DNA of 64,000 bases from Candidatus Micrarchaeia archaeon (lineage in GTDB: Archaea > Micrarchaeota > Micrarchaeia > Anstonellales > J096). The position numbers were made by a program, and so were the translations under genes. The notes below the pieces were generated by a model that was given only the letters and a program-made list of their open reading frames with translations, did no database searches and was not told the origin of the DNA. Position 1 is the first letter of the stretch. Every line of letters starts with the position of its first letter. The DNA is taken from contig JBGQMY010000001.1 of NCBI GenBank assembly GCA_041500865.1, positions 18,834 through 82,833 on the forward strand, read 5' to 3'. Positions 18,790 to 28,764 of the stretch are shown here, in pieces.

Positions 18790-19625
18790 CGCGCCATTTT
18801 TTTATATATTTCTTTCATCCTCAGCGAATCCTCTGACGTATACGGCGTCTCCGAGATTATGGCCCCTGAATAGCCGTTCTCAGCGCACAGCTTCAGCAAC
18901 GGCCTTATAGGAGGCTCGTTGTTGGAGAACAGCGGCATGTGCGAAAGCTCCCCTGCCTTGCTGTACCTTATTTCCGAGAAATGGGAATGGAAGCTGCTTA
19001 CCGCCTTTTTGCCAAGCTCATTTTCCATGGCGTCAAAAATAACGGCGTAATCCTTTTCGCCCTTTATGGCTCCGCCGTGCCTTGCATGGTAGTGCGCGAA
19101 ATCAACGACAGGGACTGTGTTCGGTATTTCCTTTGCCAGCCGTATTATTTCGGGAAGGTCGCCGAAGGCGCTCTTCTTGCCGGTAAGCTCAGGCCCCAGC
19201 AGTATGTTGCTTATTTTTTTGCCTTCAAGCCATCCGTTTATGGACTCAAGCTCCTTCTTTACGATTTTGAAAACGTCCTCGCTATTCCGTGAAAGATAGA
19301 AGGCAGGATGGAAGACAACGACGCCCCCGCCTGCAAGGCTTAGCTTGCTTGCAGAATCAGTTATGAACTCAATGCTTCTCAAAACTTTGTGCTTTTCCTT
19401 TGCAGCGAGGTTTATCCAGTACGGGGCGTGGCATGAAAGCGCTATGCCGTTCTCCTTTGCCCTTCTGCCGACCTCTGTTGCCGTCGCGTCCGACATGTTG
19501 ACGCCCCTTACGAACTCCAGCTCCATGCAGTCAAGCCCGATTTGCTTCAGGAACTGGGGCGCCTCCAGGCTGCTTTTGCATCCGATTGGCACTCCAGCAG
19601 GTCCGAATTTCAGCATTTGTCGCAC
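18786..19625 (-). CDS. AP endonuclease family 2 / xylose-isomerase-like TIM-barrel protein (endonuclease IV-like)
   Basis: Segments alignable to Nfo: VVFHPA, PELTGKKSAFG, VDFAHYHA, FHSHFSEIRYSKAGELSHMPLF, ISETP. Confidence 0.55.
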   Translation of the reverse strand: MRQMLKFGPAGVPIGCKSSLEAPQFLKQIGLDCMELEFVRGVNMSDATATEVGRRAKENGIALSCHAPYWINLAAKEKHKVLRSIEFITDSASKLSLAGGGVVVFHPAFYLSRNSEDVFKIVKKELESINGWLEGKKISNILLGPELTGKKSAFGDLPEIIRLAKEIPNTVPVVDFAHYHARHGGAIKGEKDYAVIFDAMENELGKKAVSSFHSHFSEIRYSKAGELSHMPLFSNNEPPIRPLLKLCAENGYSGAIISETPYTSEDSLRMKEIYKKMAR

Positions 19626-20156
19626 TCACCTTGAATACGTCCCTACAAGCGTGGCCTGTGCGAGCACGTGCCCCTTCATGGCTTTCTCCAAATCCGCCTT
19701 TTCCGAATCCTCCCCGATGTCCAGCATCGTATCCAAAGCGTAAACTTTGAAGAAATACCTGTGGATGGAACCAGGCGGCGGACAGGGGCCATTGTACTGG
19801 TGCATGCCTCCGTCATTGACGCCTTCAACCGAGCCCTGCGGAACCTCCGCCTCGGGAATTGTTGAAATCGGCGTTATGTTCCATGCAATCCAATGCACCC
19901 AAATCTTCAGCGGCGCATCAGGGTCATCCACTATTATTGCAAGGCTTTTGGCATTGTCCGGAATGCCCTTTATGTCAATGCGCGGGCTGACGTTCTCGCC
20001 TTTGCACGTGTATCTGTCCGGAATCCTTCCCCCATCCGCAAAGGACGGACTTGATATGTTCATTCCCCCCATGTTGACAACCCCCTCCTGCTGGCTGCAG
20101 CCAGCTATAAGCATAAGCGAAACAAGAATTAAAATGCAAGACGTTTGCGCTTGCAT
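19626..20156 (-). CDS. YbhB/YbcL-type PEBP-family protein with signal peptide and lipobox-like Cys
   Basis: Motifs DPDAP...WVHW...GPCPPPGSIHRYFFKVYALD. N-terminal signal peptide ending in LIAGC. Confidence 0.7.
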   Translation of the reverse strand: MQAQTSCILILVSLMLIAGCSQQEGVVNMGGMNISSPSFADGGRIPDRYTCKGENVSPRIDIKGIPDNAKSLAIIVDDPDAPLKIWVHWIAWNITPISTIPEAEVPQGSVEGVNDGGMHQYNGPCPPPGSIHRYFFKVYALDTMLDIGEDSEKADLEKAMKGHVLAQATLVGTYSR

Positions 20157-20200
20157 GGAAGAGTTTGGGCCAGGCAGTTTAAAAGGCTAAAGGAAAGGGG

Positions 20201-21355
20201 TTAAAGGCCGGCCTCCTTCCTCAGCAGCTCCGCCTTGTCCGTCTTCTCCCATGTGAAGTCCGGGTCCTCCCTGCCGAAGTGGCCGTAAGACGCTGTCTTC
20301 CTGTATATCGGCCTTTTCAGATTCAGCTGCGCGACTATGTCCGCTGGCTTGACAGGGAAATATTTTTCCGCAAGCGCGGCAATCTTCTCCTCAGGTATCT
20401 TCGCGGTGCCGAATGTCTCCACATATATGGAAACGGGCTTTGCGACCCCGATGGAATACGCAAGCTGGACCTCGCACTTGTCGGCAAGGCCTGCCGCAAC
20501 GATGTTCTTTGCGATGTACCGCGCGGCGTATGCTGCGCTCCTGTCCACCTTGGACGGGTCTTTTCCAGAGAAGCATCCGCCCCCGTGCCTCGAGTATCCT
20601 CCATAAGTGTCCACTATGATTTTCCTTCCTGTCACGCCAGTGTCGGCCTCAGGGCCGCCGACCGAGAACACGCCTGTCTCGTTGACGAAGAACTTGGTGT
20701 CTGCGTCCAGCCACTTGCCGCAGACCGGCTTGATTATCTGCTCTATGACCTGCGACTTTATCTCCTCCCTTTTCATGTCTGGGTGGTGATGGACTGCGAC
20801 AACGACCGCATCCACCCTCTTGGGCATGCCATCAACATATTCAACTGTCACTTGGGACTTGCCGTCCGGCCTGACCCATTTCAGTATTTCCTTTTTTCTG
20901 ACCTCTGCGAGCCTCATCGTTATGCCGTGCGCGAGCATTATGGGCAATGGCATCAACTGCGGCGTCTCCTTGCACGCAAAGCCGTACATCATGCCCTGGT
21001 CCCCCGCGCCCTGTTCGTGCGACGCGGACGAATTGACGCCAACGGCGATGTTCTTGCTCTGCTCGTGTATCGAGACAAGCACCCCGCAGTCGGACGAATC
21101 AAGCCCGAACTCCGGATTCGTGTATCCGATGTCCTTGAGCGTCTTCCTTATGACGCTCGGTATGTCAACGTAGCAGTTGGTCGTTACCTCGCCCGCGACC
21201 ATGACAAGGCCTGTCGTGGTCAGGCATTCCACGGCGACCCTGGAATCGGGGTCTCCGGCCAGCATCGCGTCAAGTATCGCGTCTGAAACCTGGTCGCATA
21301 TCTTGTCAGGATGCCCCTCAGTAACGGACTCTGATGTCAATTTGAAGCTCTTCAT
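20201..21355 (-). CDS. metK: S-adenosylmethionine synthetase, bacterial/eukaryotic type
   Basis: GHPDKICDQ(V/I)SDA N-terminal signature and the Gly-rich loop GGGAFSGKD. Start taken at MKSFKL, 21 nt inside the track ORF. Confidence 0.9.
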   Translation of the reverse strand: MKSFKLTSESVTEGHPDKICDQVSDAILDAMLAGDPDSRVAVECLTTTGLVMVAGEVTTNCYVDIPSVIRKTLKDIGYTNPEFGLDSSDCGVLVSIHEQSKNIAVGVNSSASHEQGAGDQGMMYGFACKETPQLMPLPIMLAHGITMRLAEVRKKEILKWVRPDGKSQVTVEYVDGMPKRVDAVVVAVHHHPDMKREEIKSQVIEQIIKPVCGKWLDADTKFFVNETGVFSVGGPEADTGVTGRKIIVDTYGGYSRHGGGCFSGKDPSKVDRSAAYAARYIAKNIVAAGLADKCEVQLAYSIGVAKPVSIYVETFGTAKIPEEKIAALAEKYFPVKPADIVAQLNLKRPIYRKTASYGHFGREDPDFTWEKTDKAELLRKEAGL

Positions 21356-21419
21356 CACATAACACCTTGAAACCATTTTAGGGGATAAATTTTTAAAGTA
21401 ATTTTTTCAAGTTGCAGCC

Positions 21420-21743
21420 ATGGCGGAAAAGGCGATAATGGTGGTTTCAACGTTCCCAAGAATGGCGGACGCAAGGAGGATATGCAAGGCGCTTGTCGTA
21501 AAAGGCATGGCCGCATGCGCAAACATAGTGAAAATTGAGAAGTCCATATACAGGTGGAGAGGGAAGGTCTGCGGGGGGCCTGAATGCGCGGCATTCATAA
21601 AGGCCAGGGAAAGGGACTACTTGAAGATTGAGAAGGCGATTAAATCGATGCATCCTTACGAAGTTCCGGAGATAATATCGTTCCGGATAGAAAAGGGAAA
21701 CCCCGGATACATTGCATGGGTTTTGGGCAGGAAAACGCGATAG
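21420..21743 (+). CDS. cutA: divalent-cation tolerance protein CutA
   Basis: About 107 aa with the CutA1 fold pattern (ACANIV...SIYRW.GK ... HPYEVPEII). TATA-like box at about 21389..21400. Confidence 0.75.
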   Translation: MAEKAIMVVSTFPRMADARRICKALVVKGMAACANIVKIEKSIYRWRGKVCGGPECAAFIKARERDYLKIEKAIKSMHPYEVPEIISFRIEKGNPGYIAWVLGRKTR

Positions 21744-21776
21744 GAACATATTTAAACCCTATTAGACACAGATGAT

Positions 21777-22421
21777 ATGATGAATCCCAACATACAAAAT
21801 GCGCCAGCAAAAGAAATGCGCCATGGTCCAGCCTGTGGCATACTGACCGGGGACTGCATGCTGGACGAATCGGAGCCTGCCACAAGAACAGAGATAGTCG
21901 TGAAAATGATGAGGCGGCTGAACAGGCTCCTGGGCCATTACTCAAAGGAGCATGAGGAAAAGCTTGCCATCGACATAATAAACCTCATAGAGAACGGCAT
22001 AAAGAAAGGGCCGCACAACGATTTGATGACAAGGGCTTTCGTGAACAAGCTGGCCAATAACGGAGACTTTCTCAAAGAGGTCTATCTCAGCGCGAAGAAC
22101 GTCACCCTTGAGTTCGGGCTGCTTATGAATGAAGGGGTCATTGAAAGCGGCGCCGAAGATGTGCATGACAATGAAAAGGTTGAGGAAGAAAGAAACAGGG
22201 CAAAAAACATAGTCTGGGTATTGAGGATGGCACTAAGGAGACTGGAACGCCTTATTGGGTTGGAGCAATATGACCATCTCATAACAGAGGGCGTGCAGGA
22301 AACCGCTGTGCAGTTCATAAAAGTCATGAGCTCAGACATAGACGAATTCTGCAAGGTGCATGGCATACAAGAGGATCAGTACAGTATAGTAGCGCCGCCT
22401 AATACCGCATCCCCAGAGTAA
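21777..22421 (+). CDS. hypothetical protein
   Basis: Helical, no recognised motif. The 3' end overlaps the convergent mnmA gene. Confidence 0.4.
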   Translation: MMNPNIQNAPAKEMRHGPACGILTGDCMLDESEPATRTEIVVKMMRRLNRLLGHYSKEHEEKLAIDIINLIENGIKKGPHNDLMTRAFVNKLANNGDFLKEVYLSAKNVTLEFGLLMNEGVIESGAEDVHDNEKVEEERNRAKNIVWVLRMALRRLERLIGLEQYDHLITEGVQETAVQFIKVMSSDIDEFCKVHGIQEDQYSIVAPPNTASPE

Positions 22422-23509
22422 AGGGCCGCAACCTGGCCCGGCGCGACCGCCCATACGGGTTTGCCGCGCATCCTGACTTCTGCAAAGCCGTTATTCTGGA
22501 TTATTACGGCATCCTGCGGCTCCATCCTGTTCCTTACGACGACTTGGCAATCCATCTTCTCTCCGGCTTTCAGCGGCCCAACAGAGGACCAGTTGATGTT
22601 TCCGACGCGGAATGAATCCCTGAGCAGCTCATTGAAGCTCCCGACCGTGACATTTCCTGATTTTACGTCTATCGCCTTTACGAAATGCGGCTCGCTGCCT
22701 TCTATCCCAAGGCCCCTTCTCTGGCCTATCGCGAAACAGTGCACGCCCTCATGCCTTGCAAGGGGCTTGCCTGAGGAATCAATGACATTTCCGCAGAGGC
22801 ATTTGCCCCCCATCCTTGCCCCGATATAGTCCCTTCTTGCCCCTTTCACAAAGCACAGGTCCTGGCTTTCTGCCTTGCCATCCATATGCAGGCCAAGCAT
22901 GGAGGCGATTTCCCTTGTCTTCTTCTTGGCAATGTGGCCAAGCGGAAACAGCGATTTGGACAGCATGCCCTGGGTAAGCATGGAAAGCACGTAGGTCTGG
23001 TCCTTGTTCCTGTCAACAGGCCTCATCAGGACGTGCCTTTTGCCGTTGAAAAACGACCTGGCATAATGCCCTGTTGCGTAAAAGTCGGAAAATTTGAGCG
23101 CATGCTGCATAAGCGCGCCGAACTTTATGGATTGGTTGCACGGGACGCAGGGGTTTGGGGTAAGCCCATTCATGTAGCTGTCAATAAAATAATTAACGAC
23201 TTTTTCCTTGAAAATGCTCTTGACATCCACTGTTTCAAGCCTGATGCCCAATTTGGATGCGACTGTTTTGGCGTCCTCAACCGCCTTGCCGTTGAATGCT
23301 TCGTCGCCTTCGGGCAACGTCAGCATATGGACGCCTGTCACGTCCGCGCCAGCCAGCTTGAGCAGCGCCGCCGTCGTTGAGCTGTCAACGCCGCCGCTCA
23401 TGGCTACTGCCACCTTCTTGCCTTTCACAGACTGGAGAAGGCACAGCATGTCGGCAGGAAGGGCTAGCTCATCTATTGATTCAGCCATAATAATGCACAT
23501 TTGCATCAA
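22376..23509 (-). CDS. mnmA: tRNA-specific 2-thiouridylase (MnmA/TrmU family)
   Basis: PP-loop motif SGGVDSS and catalytic NPCVPCN. The start may instead be MAESIDEL at 23488. Confidence 0.8.
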   Translation of the reverse strand: MMQMCIIMAESIDELALPADMLCLLQSVKGKKVAVAMSGGVDSSTTAALLKLAGADVTGVHMLTLPEGDEAFNGKAVEDAKTVASKLGIRLETVDVKSIFKEKVVNYFIDSYMNGLTPNPCVPCNQSIKFGALMQHALKFSDFYATGHYARSFFNGKRHVLMRPVDRNKDQTYVLSMLTQGMLSKSLFPLGHIAKKKTREIASMLGLHMDGKAESQDLCFVKGARRDYIGARMGGKCLCGNVIDSSGKPLARHEGVHCFAIGQRRGLGIEGSEPHFVKAIDVKSGNVTVGSFNELLRDSFRVGNINWSSVGPLKAGEKMDCQVVVRNRMEPQDAVIIQNNGFAEVRMRGKPVWAVAPGQVAALYSGDAVLGGATILY

Positions 23510-23542
23510 TATGTTTTAATTCCTTGCAGAAGATAGCCAACA

Positions 23543-24196
23543 ATGAAGGCTTTTGCGGCGTTCCTGCTGCTTGCTGTTGCAGCATCCCATGCATGGGACT
23601 GGGACACGCACCAGTGGTTCGCTGAACAGCTGTGCAACGCATACAACTGCAGCTGCATGGACCAAGTCAAGGAAGGCGCGATAGCCCCTGACCAGGTCTT
23701 CAAGGACACGTTTTATCACCATCTTTATGACCCATTGACCTGCGTACCAAGCCCGTATTACACCTGCCCAACGGAATATGACGGCGCAGCGATACAGAGG
23801 ATGGATGCCTGGCTGGCAAACGTTTCAACGCCGTGGGACTGCGAAGACTGGTACAGGATAGGCGTTGCATCGCATTATTTCACTGATTCAAAATGCATCT
23901 GGCACAACGTCAAGAACGAGGATTACGACAAGTGCCATAAGCCGTTCGAGGACAAGGTCGGCGAGTTCTTCAAAAAAGGGCAGACGGATTTCTCTGTCAC
24001 GCAGTGCGGGGAGACCGTTTACGGGAGCAACTTCACTGGATGGGGCAACGAGTTCATCAGGATGATTGAGCCTGGCGGAACCGCAAGGTTCAATGAAACC
24101 AGGCCGCAGGACACAGCTGGCTTGGCGGTCGCGGCGGCAGCGTTCCTGGCGGCAGCCGTCCTAATTGCCGCATTCCGCTTTTGGAGAAAAAGATAA
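23543..24196 (+). CDS. secreted zinc-dependent phospholipase C / P1-nuclease superfamily protein with C-terminal membrane anchor
   Basis: Signal peptide. W-D-W-D-T-H-Q-W N-terminus, HHLYDP and SHYFTD motifs matching the zinc ligands of the PLC/P1 family. C-terminal hydrophobic helix followed by RKR. Confidence 0.5.
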   Translation: MKAFAAFLLLAVAASHAWDWDTHQWFAEQLCNAYNCSCMDQVKEGAIAPDQVFKDTFYHHLYDPLTCVPSPYYTCPTEYDGAAIQRMDAWLANVSTPWDCEDWYRIGVASHYFTDSKCIWHNVKNEDYDKCHKPFEDKVGEFFKKGQTDFSVTQCGETVYGSNFTGWGNEFIRMIEPGGTARFNETRPQDTAGLAVAAAAFLAAAVLIAAFRFWRKR

Positions 24197-24300
24197 AGAC
24201 GCGGATTGATGCACATACACAAATGCGCCAAATTTGGGAAAAGGTTTATATATCCCGGCAATATATCCAAATAAGGATATAGTGGAAAGAGGTTTGCGGA

Positions 24301-25281
24301 ATGCAGTCAATACATGTAAAGGACCTGGCAAAAAGCTTCAACGGCTTCAAGGCAGTCGACGGCATATCGTTTGACGTCAATGAAGGCGAGCTGTTCGGCC
24401 TGCTCGGCCCGAACGGCGCGGGAAAAAGCACGACCATATACATGCTTACGACAATCATAGGGCAGAGCTCCGGCTCCGCAACGGTAAACGGCTTTGACAT
24501 CCGCACCCAAGCTGACGACGTGCGCAAATCCATAGGCATAGTGTTCCAGGACCCGACCGTCGACACGCGCCTAAGCGCATATGACAACCTAGACCTGCAC
24601 GGCAGGCTTTACGGCATGGACGCGAAAGCCAGGAAGGAAAGGATAAAGGAGGTCCTGGAGCTGGTTGAGCTCACGGAATGGAAGGAGAAGATGGTGAGGA
24701 CGTTCTCAGGCGGCATGCGCCGCCGTTTAGAGATTGCGCGCGGCCTGCTTCACACTCCGAAAATACTGTTCCTTGACGAGCCGACGCTTGGGCTTGACCC
24801 GCAGACCCGCAGGCACATCTGGAGCTACATCGAGAAGCTGAAAAAAGAGGGCATAACAATAATATTGACGACGCATTACCTTGAGGAGGCGGATTACCTG
24901 TGCGACAGGGTCGCGATAATAGACCACGGCAGGATAAAGATCATGGACACCCCAAAGAAGCTCAGGAACTCAATCGGCGGCAGCGTTGTGTCCATAGGCT
25001 CAAACGATTCAAATAAGCTCTGCCAGATACTCAGGAAAAACGGCCTTTGCGACGGCGCAAAGATAGACGAGGACGAGGTCTCGTTCAGCGTGAAGGACGG
25101 CGCAACGATGGTGCCGAAAATCATGCAGCTTGCGATGGAAGGCGGCATAAGCGTGGAAAGCATAGAGGTCCACCTTCCGAGCCTGGAGGACGTGTTCCTG
25201 CATTACACAGGCTCAAGCATAAGGGAAGAAGCCGGCGGGGAAGGCGAGATGAGAATGAGGATGAGGACGCATGCGCATTGA
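24301..25281 (+). CDS. ABC transporter ATP-binding protein (ABC-2 subfamily)
   Basis: Walker A GPNGAGKST, signature LSGGMRRRLEIA, Walker B ILFLDEPT. Confidence 0.85.
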   Translation: MQSIHVKDLAKSFNGFKAVDGISFDVNEGELFGLLGPNGAGKSTTIYMLTTIIGQSSGSATVNGFDIRTQADDVRKSIGIVFQDPTVDTRLSAYDNLDLHGRLYGMDAKARKERIKEVLELVELTEWKEKMVRTFSGGMRRRLEIARGLLHTPKILFLDEPTLGLDPQTRRHIWSYIEKLKKEGITIILTTHYLEEADYLCDRVAIIDHGRIKIMDTPKKLRNSIGGSVVSIGSNDSNKLCQILRKNGLCDGAKIDEDEVSFSVKDGATMVPKIMQLAMEGGISVESIEVHLPSLEDVFLHYTGSSIREEAGGEGEMRMRMRTHAH

Positions 25282-26023
25282 GATTTCAAAGGTTTATGCG
25301 GTATGGCTCCGCGAAGTCAAGAGGTTCACAAACTCCAAGTCAAGGATGGTCGGAAGCCTCGGCCAGCCGCTCCTGTTCCTGGTCGCATTGGGCGGAGGAC
25401 TTTCGGCAATGATGCCGGGCTTCAACTACCAGGCCTACATACTTCCGGGGATACTTGCGATGAGCCTGCTTTTCACGTCCATTTTCTCAGGCGTTTCAAT
25501 AATCTGGGACCGCGAGTTCGGATTTTTGAAGGAGATGCTGGTCGCTCCTGCAAGCCGCGAAACAATCGTCATAGGCAGGACGCTCGGCGGGGCAACGGCC
25601 GCGATATTGCAGGGAATCGTGATTTTGGCGCTTGGGATATTGATAACCGGTGTGCCAATCCCGTCAATCCTGCATCTTGCAGCCATGTTCGTGCTGATGG
25701 TGGCGTTCTCGTGCTTCCTTGTGGCAGTCGGCATCGCAATAGCATCCCTTGTGCAGGAGGTTGAGACGTTCCAGCTGATAATGAACCTGCTCATCATGCC
25801 GCTGTTCTTCCTTTCAAACGCGCTTTTCCCGATGAACCAGATGCCAGGCTGGCTTAGCACAATAAGCCAGCTGAACCCGATAAGCTATGCCGTTGACGGG
25901 CTGAGGACCCTGCTGATAGGCCAGGGCAGCTTCCCGCTGATGGTTGACGTGGCTGTTGTCGGCGTTTCGCTTGCGGCATCGCTTGGCGTGGCGTCATACC
26001 TGTTCTCAAAGACGTCGATATGA
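25271..26023 (+). CDS. ABC-2 type transporter permease
   Basis: Six predicted transmembrane segments. Overlaps the ATPase gene by 11 nt. Confidence 0.7.
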   Translation: MRIEISKVYAVWLREVKRFTNSKSRMVGSLGQPLLFLVALGGGLSAMMPGFNYQAYILPGILAMSLLFTSIFSGVSIIWDREFGFLKEMLVAPASRETIVIGRTLGGATAAILQGIVILALGILITGVPIPSILHLAAMFVLMVAFSCFLVAVGIAIASLVQEVETFQLIMNLLIMPLFFLSNALFPMNQMPGWLSTISQLNPISYAVDGLRTLLIGQGSFPLMVDVAVVGVSLAASLGVASYLFSKTSI

Positions 26024-26040
26024 GAGGAAACTGGCGAGCG

Positions 26041-28290
26041 TTAGACGCTGGACTCCAGGACTGGTTTGGTGGAGTCGCTTGCAGGCCCTTTCCTCTTGTA
26101 GTACCTCATAAGCAGCGCGTTGGAAACGACTGATATGGAGCTGAATGCCATTGCGGCTGCGCCCATCATCGGGTTAAGCATGAACCCAATGGGGTAGAGA
26201 ATGCCTGCGGCAACCGGAATGCCGATGCCGTTGTAAAAGAACGCCCAAAACAGGTTCTGCCTTATCTTGCCCAAGACGTATTTGCTGAGGTCGAATGCGG
26301 CAGCCACGTCCTTTATGCTGTTCCTGACGAGCACGATGTCGCCTGCCTCAAGCGCAACATCCGTGGCAGAGCCCATCGCTATTCCAATGTCTGCCTTTGC
26401 CAATGCAGGGGCGTCATTGACCCCGTCCCCGACCACTGCGACTATGCGGCCATTCTGCTGGAGCTTCGCTATCCTGGCCTCCTTGTCCTGCGGCATGATG
26501 CCGGATATCACGGTGCCTATGCCGAGCTTTGCAGCAACCGCTTTCGCAACCCTTTCATTGTCCCCTGTCATCATGGCGATGTCCTTGCCCATTGCCTTGA
26601 GCTCCGAGACTGCGGCCAGCGCATCGTCCCTTATCTCGTCCGCAACGCCTATGATGCCTGCCATCTTCCTGCCGTAAGCAATGAGTATTACGGTCTTGCC
26701 GTCCTTTTCCAGGGAAAGTATGGTTTTTCCGTTCTCCCCTGTTATATGGATTTTGCGCTCGTTGAGAAGCGCTATGCTGCCTGCCAGTATGTTCTTCCCC
26801 TTGTATGCGGCAACCGCGCCCTTTCCTGTTATTGATTCAAAGGAAGACGGCTTTTCCACCGCTATGCCGCTCATCTCTGCCCTTTCCATTATTGACCTTG
26901 CAAGCGGATGCCCGGATTTGCTTTCGGCGATTGCCGCAAGCTCAAGCAGGTCCTTGCTTGAAAGCTTGGCGTCAAACGGGATTATGTCGGTAACCGATAT
27001 CCTTCCGGTCGTGAGCGTGCCCGTCTTGTCGAAAACGACCGTCGTCGCCTTGTGCGCATTCTCCAGCGCCCTCGCGTTCTTGAACAGGATGCCGTTGTTG
27101 GCGCCTATGCCGCTGCCGACAAGTATCGCCGTCGGCGTGGCAAGCCCGAGCGCGCACGGGCATGCGATTATCAGGACCGCCACAAAAATGCCTATTGAGA
27201 ACGCAAAGCTTTGGCCAAGCATGTAATGCCAAGCTAAAAATGCAGCCAATGCAACCATGATGACGCCTATTGCGAAGTATCCGCTAACCTTGTCCGCAAG
27301 CCTCTGGATTGGCGCCTTGCTGGTCTGCGCATCCTCGACAAGGCGTATGATGTGGCTAAGAACCGTGTCCTTGCCGACCTTCGTGGCCCTGAACTCAAGG
27401 TACCCTGTCCCGTTGATGGTTCCGCCTATGACTGCGCTTCCCTCAGCCTTCCTTACAGGCATGCTTTCGCCTGTGACCATGGACTCGTCCACATGGGAAA
27501 GGCCTTCCGTCACCATGCCGTCCACTGCTATCCTCTGCCCCGGCTTTACCACGACTATGTCGCCAACCTTGATTTTTTCAGCCGGAATCTCCTCGTCCCT
27601 GCCGTTCCTTTTTACGATTGCGGTTTTTGGCTGCAGCTGTGCAAGCCTTGTTATCGCCTCTGACGCCTTTCCCTTGGCAACCGCCTCAAGCCATTTCCCA
27701 AAGAGCACTATCGTTATTATCAACGACGACGTCTCAAAATAGATGTTTCCGGACAGCTCGGTCCCAGGAAGCAGCAGCACAGCGGCGCTGTAGAAATATG
27801 CTGCTGACGTGCCTATTGCAATCAGCGTGTCCATGTTCGCGCTCAGCGACTTCAGCGCATAGAACGTTCCTCTATAGAACGTGAAGCCTGCGACGAACTG
27901 GACTGGCGTGGCAAGGGCGAAAAGGACGTATGGCGCATAGGGGATGCTTACGCCTATCCATGCCAGCGGCATTGCGATTATGAAAGCCGGCAGCGAAAAA
28001 AGCAATGACAGGAGAAACATGTCCCTTATCTCCCTTACCTCCTTGGCCTTCTGCTCCTTTTCCTTTTCCAGGATTTCCTCTTCAGCTGTGGCCCAGTAGC
28101 CGAGGCCTTCCACCTTCTTCATTATCTCCTCTTCGGTTATCTTTTTTTCGTCGAACTCGACATTGGCCTTCTCCTGCGTGAAATTGACCTTGAATGACGT
28201 TATGCCTTCTTCCCTTTCAAGCGACGACTCAATGTTGCTCGCGCATGACGCGCAGTGCATCCCGGTTATAAGGAATTTTGCCTTTTTCAT
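26041..28290 (-). CDS. copA: copper-translocating P1B-type ATPase
   Basis: N-terminal HMA domain (GMHCASCA), CPC transmembrane motif, DKTGTLT phosphorylation site, GDGVNDAP. Start taken at MKKAKF (28290), which sits within a repeated start module. Confidence 0.9.
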   Translation of the reverse strand: MKKAKFLITGMHCASCASNIESSLEREEGITSFKVNFTQEKANVEFDEKKITEEEIMKKVEGLGYWATAEEEILEKEKEQKAKEVREIRDMFLLSLLFSLPAFIIAMPLAWIGVSIPYAPYVLFALATPVQFVAGFTFYRGTFYALKSLSANMDTLIAIGTSAAYFYSAAVLLLPGTELSGNIYFETSSLIITIVLFGKWLEAVAKGKASEAITRLAQLQPKTAIVKRNGRDEEIPAEKIKVGDIVVVKPGQRIAVDGMVTEGLSHVDESMVTGESMPVRKAEGSAVIGGTINGTGYLEFRATKVGKDTVLSHIIRLVEDAQTSKAPIQRLADKVSGYFAIGVIMVALAAFLAWHYMLGQSFAFSIGIFVAVLIIACPCALGLATPTAILVGSGIGANNGILFKNARALENAHKATTVVFDKTGTLTTGRISVTDIIPFDAKLSSKDLLELAAIAESKSGHPLARSIMERAEMSGIAVEKPSSFESITGKGAVAAYKGKNILAGSIALLNERKIHITGENGKTILSLEKDGKTVILIAYGRKMAGIIGVADEIRDDALAAVSELKAMGKDIAMMTGDNERVAKAVAAKLGIGTVISGIMPQDKEARIAKLQQNGRIVAVVGDGVNDAPALAKADIGIAMGSATDVALEAGDIVLVRNSIKDVAAAFDLSKYVLGKIRQNLFWAFFYNGIGIPVAAGILYPIGFMLNPMMGAAAMAFSSISVVSNALLMRYYKRKGPASDSTKPVLESSV

Positions 28291-28397
28291 TGCTGTCCCC
28301 CGATGCCTGTTGCGTGGCAAGCCTTAAATATCCTATCTGGGTTTGCCATCATGCGCCCAGCTCGGATGCCTTGTAGCCGAGGCTTTCGATTATCCTG
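28280..28397 (-). repeat. about 118-bp repeat (copy 1): copZ 3' tail, intergenic promoter/RBS and copA start
   Basis: About 88% identical to 28557..28675. Offset of 277 bp, which equals one copZ unit. Confidence 0.8.
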
Positions 28398-28567
28398 ATT
28401 ATGTCCTTTGCCTGGATTTTCGTTTCGTCGAACTCCGCAACGGCCCTGCCGGTTACGGAATTTACTCCAATCGATACGATGCCCTTCTGCTTCCCAACGG
28501 CATTCTCGATGGCCGTCGCGCATGCCGCGCAGTCCATCCCCGATATCACAAACCTTGCCTTTTTCAT
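28349..28567 (-). CDS. copZ: copper chaperone CopZ (HMA domain)
   Basis: MKKARFVISGMDCAACA heavy-metal-associated motif. 72 aa from the preferred ATG at 28567. Confidence 0.8.
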   Translation of the reverse strand: MKKARFVISGMDCAACATAIENAVGKQKGIVSIGVNSVTGRAVAEFDETKIQAKDIIRIIESLGYKASELGA

Positions 28568-28675
28568 TGGTATCCCCCAACGGCTGTTGCGCGGCAAGCC
28601 TTAATTATCCTATCTGGATTTGCCATCAGGCTTCCGCCTCGGATGCCTTGTAGCCGAGGCTTTCGATTATCCTGA
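28557..28675 (-). repeat. about 119-bp repeat (copy 2): mini-ORF 3' tail, intergenic region and copZ start
   Basis: See copy 1. Includes a 37-nt identical coding tail (RIIESLGYKASE). Confidence 0.8.
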
Positions 28676-28760
28676 ACAGCCGTTTGGCACTGTGCATCCT
28701 TCTCACATAAGCCATGTAGCATTTGCATGCCCTTGATGCATTTTGCATAGCATTTTTCAT
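28626..28760 (-). CDS. 44-aa mini-ORF whose C-terminus matches CopZ (possible decayed HMA copy or small regulator)
   Basis: MKNAMQNASRACKCYMAYVRRMHSAKRLFRIIESLGYKASEAEA. A GGTGAT Shine-Dalgarno-like sequence lies 4 nt upstream. Below the size cutoff of the ORF track. Confidence 0.35.
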   Translation of the reverse strand: MKNAMQNASRACKCYMAYVRRMHSAKRLFRIIESLGYKASEAEA

Positions 28761-28764
28761 ATCA

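Noticed and set aside
20279-21286. 335-aa plus-strand ORF opposite metK
   Set aside because: It is antisense to a confidently identified, highly conserved MetK. Its Arg-rich composition is typical of a GC-rich antisense frame.
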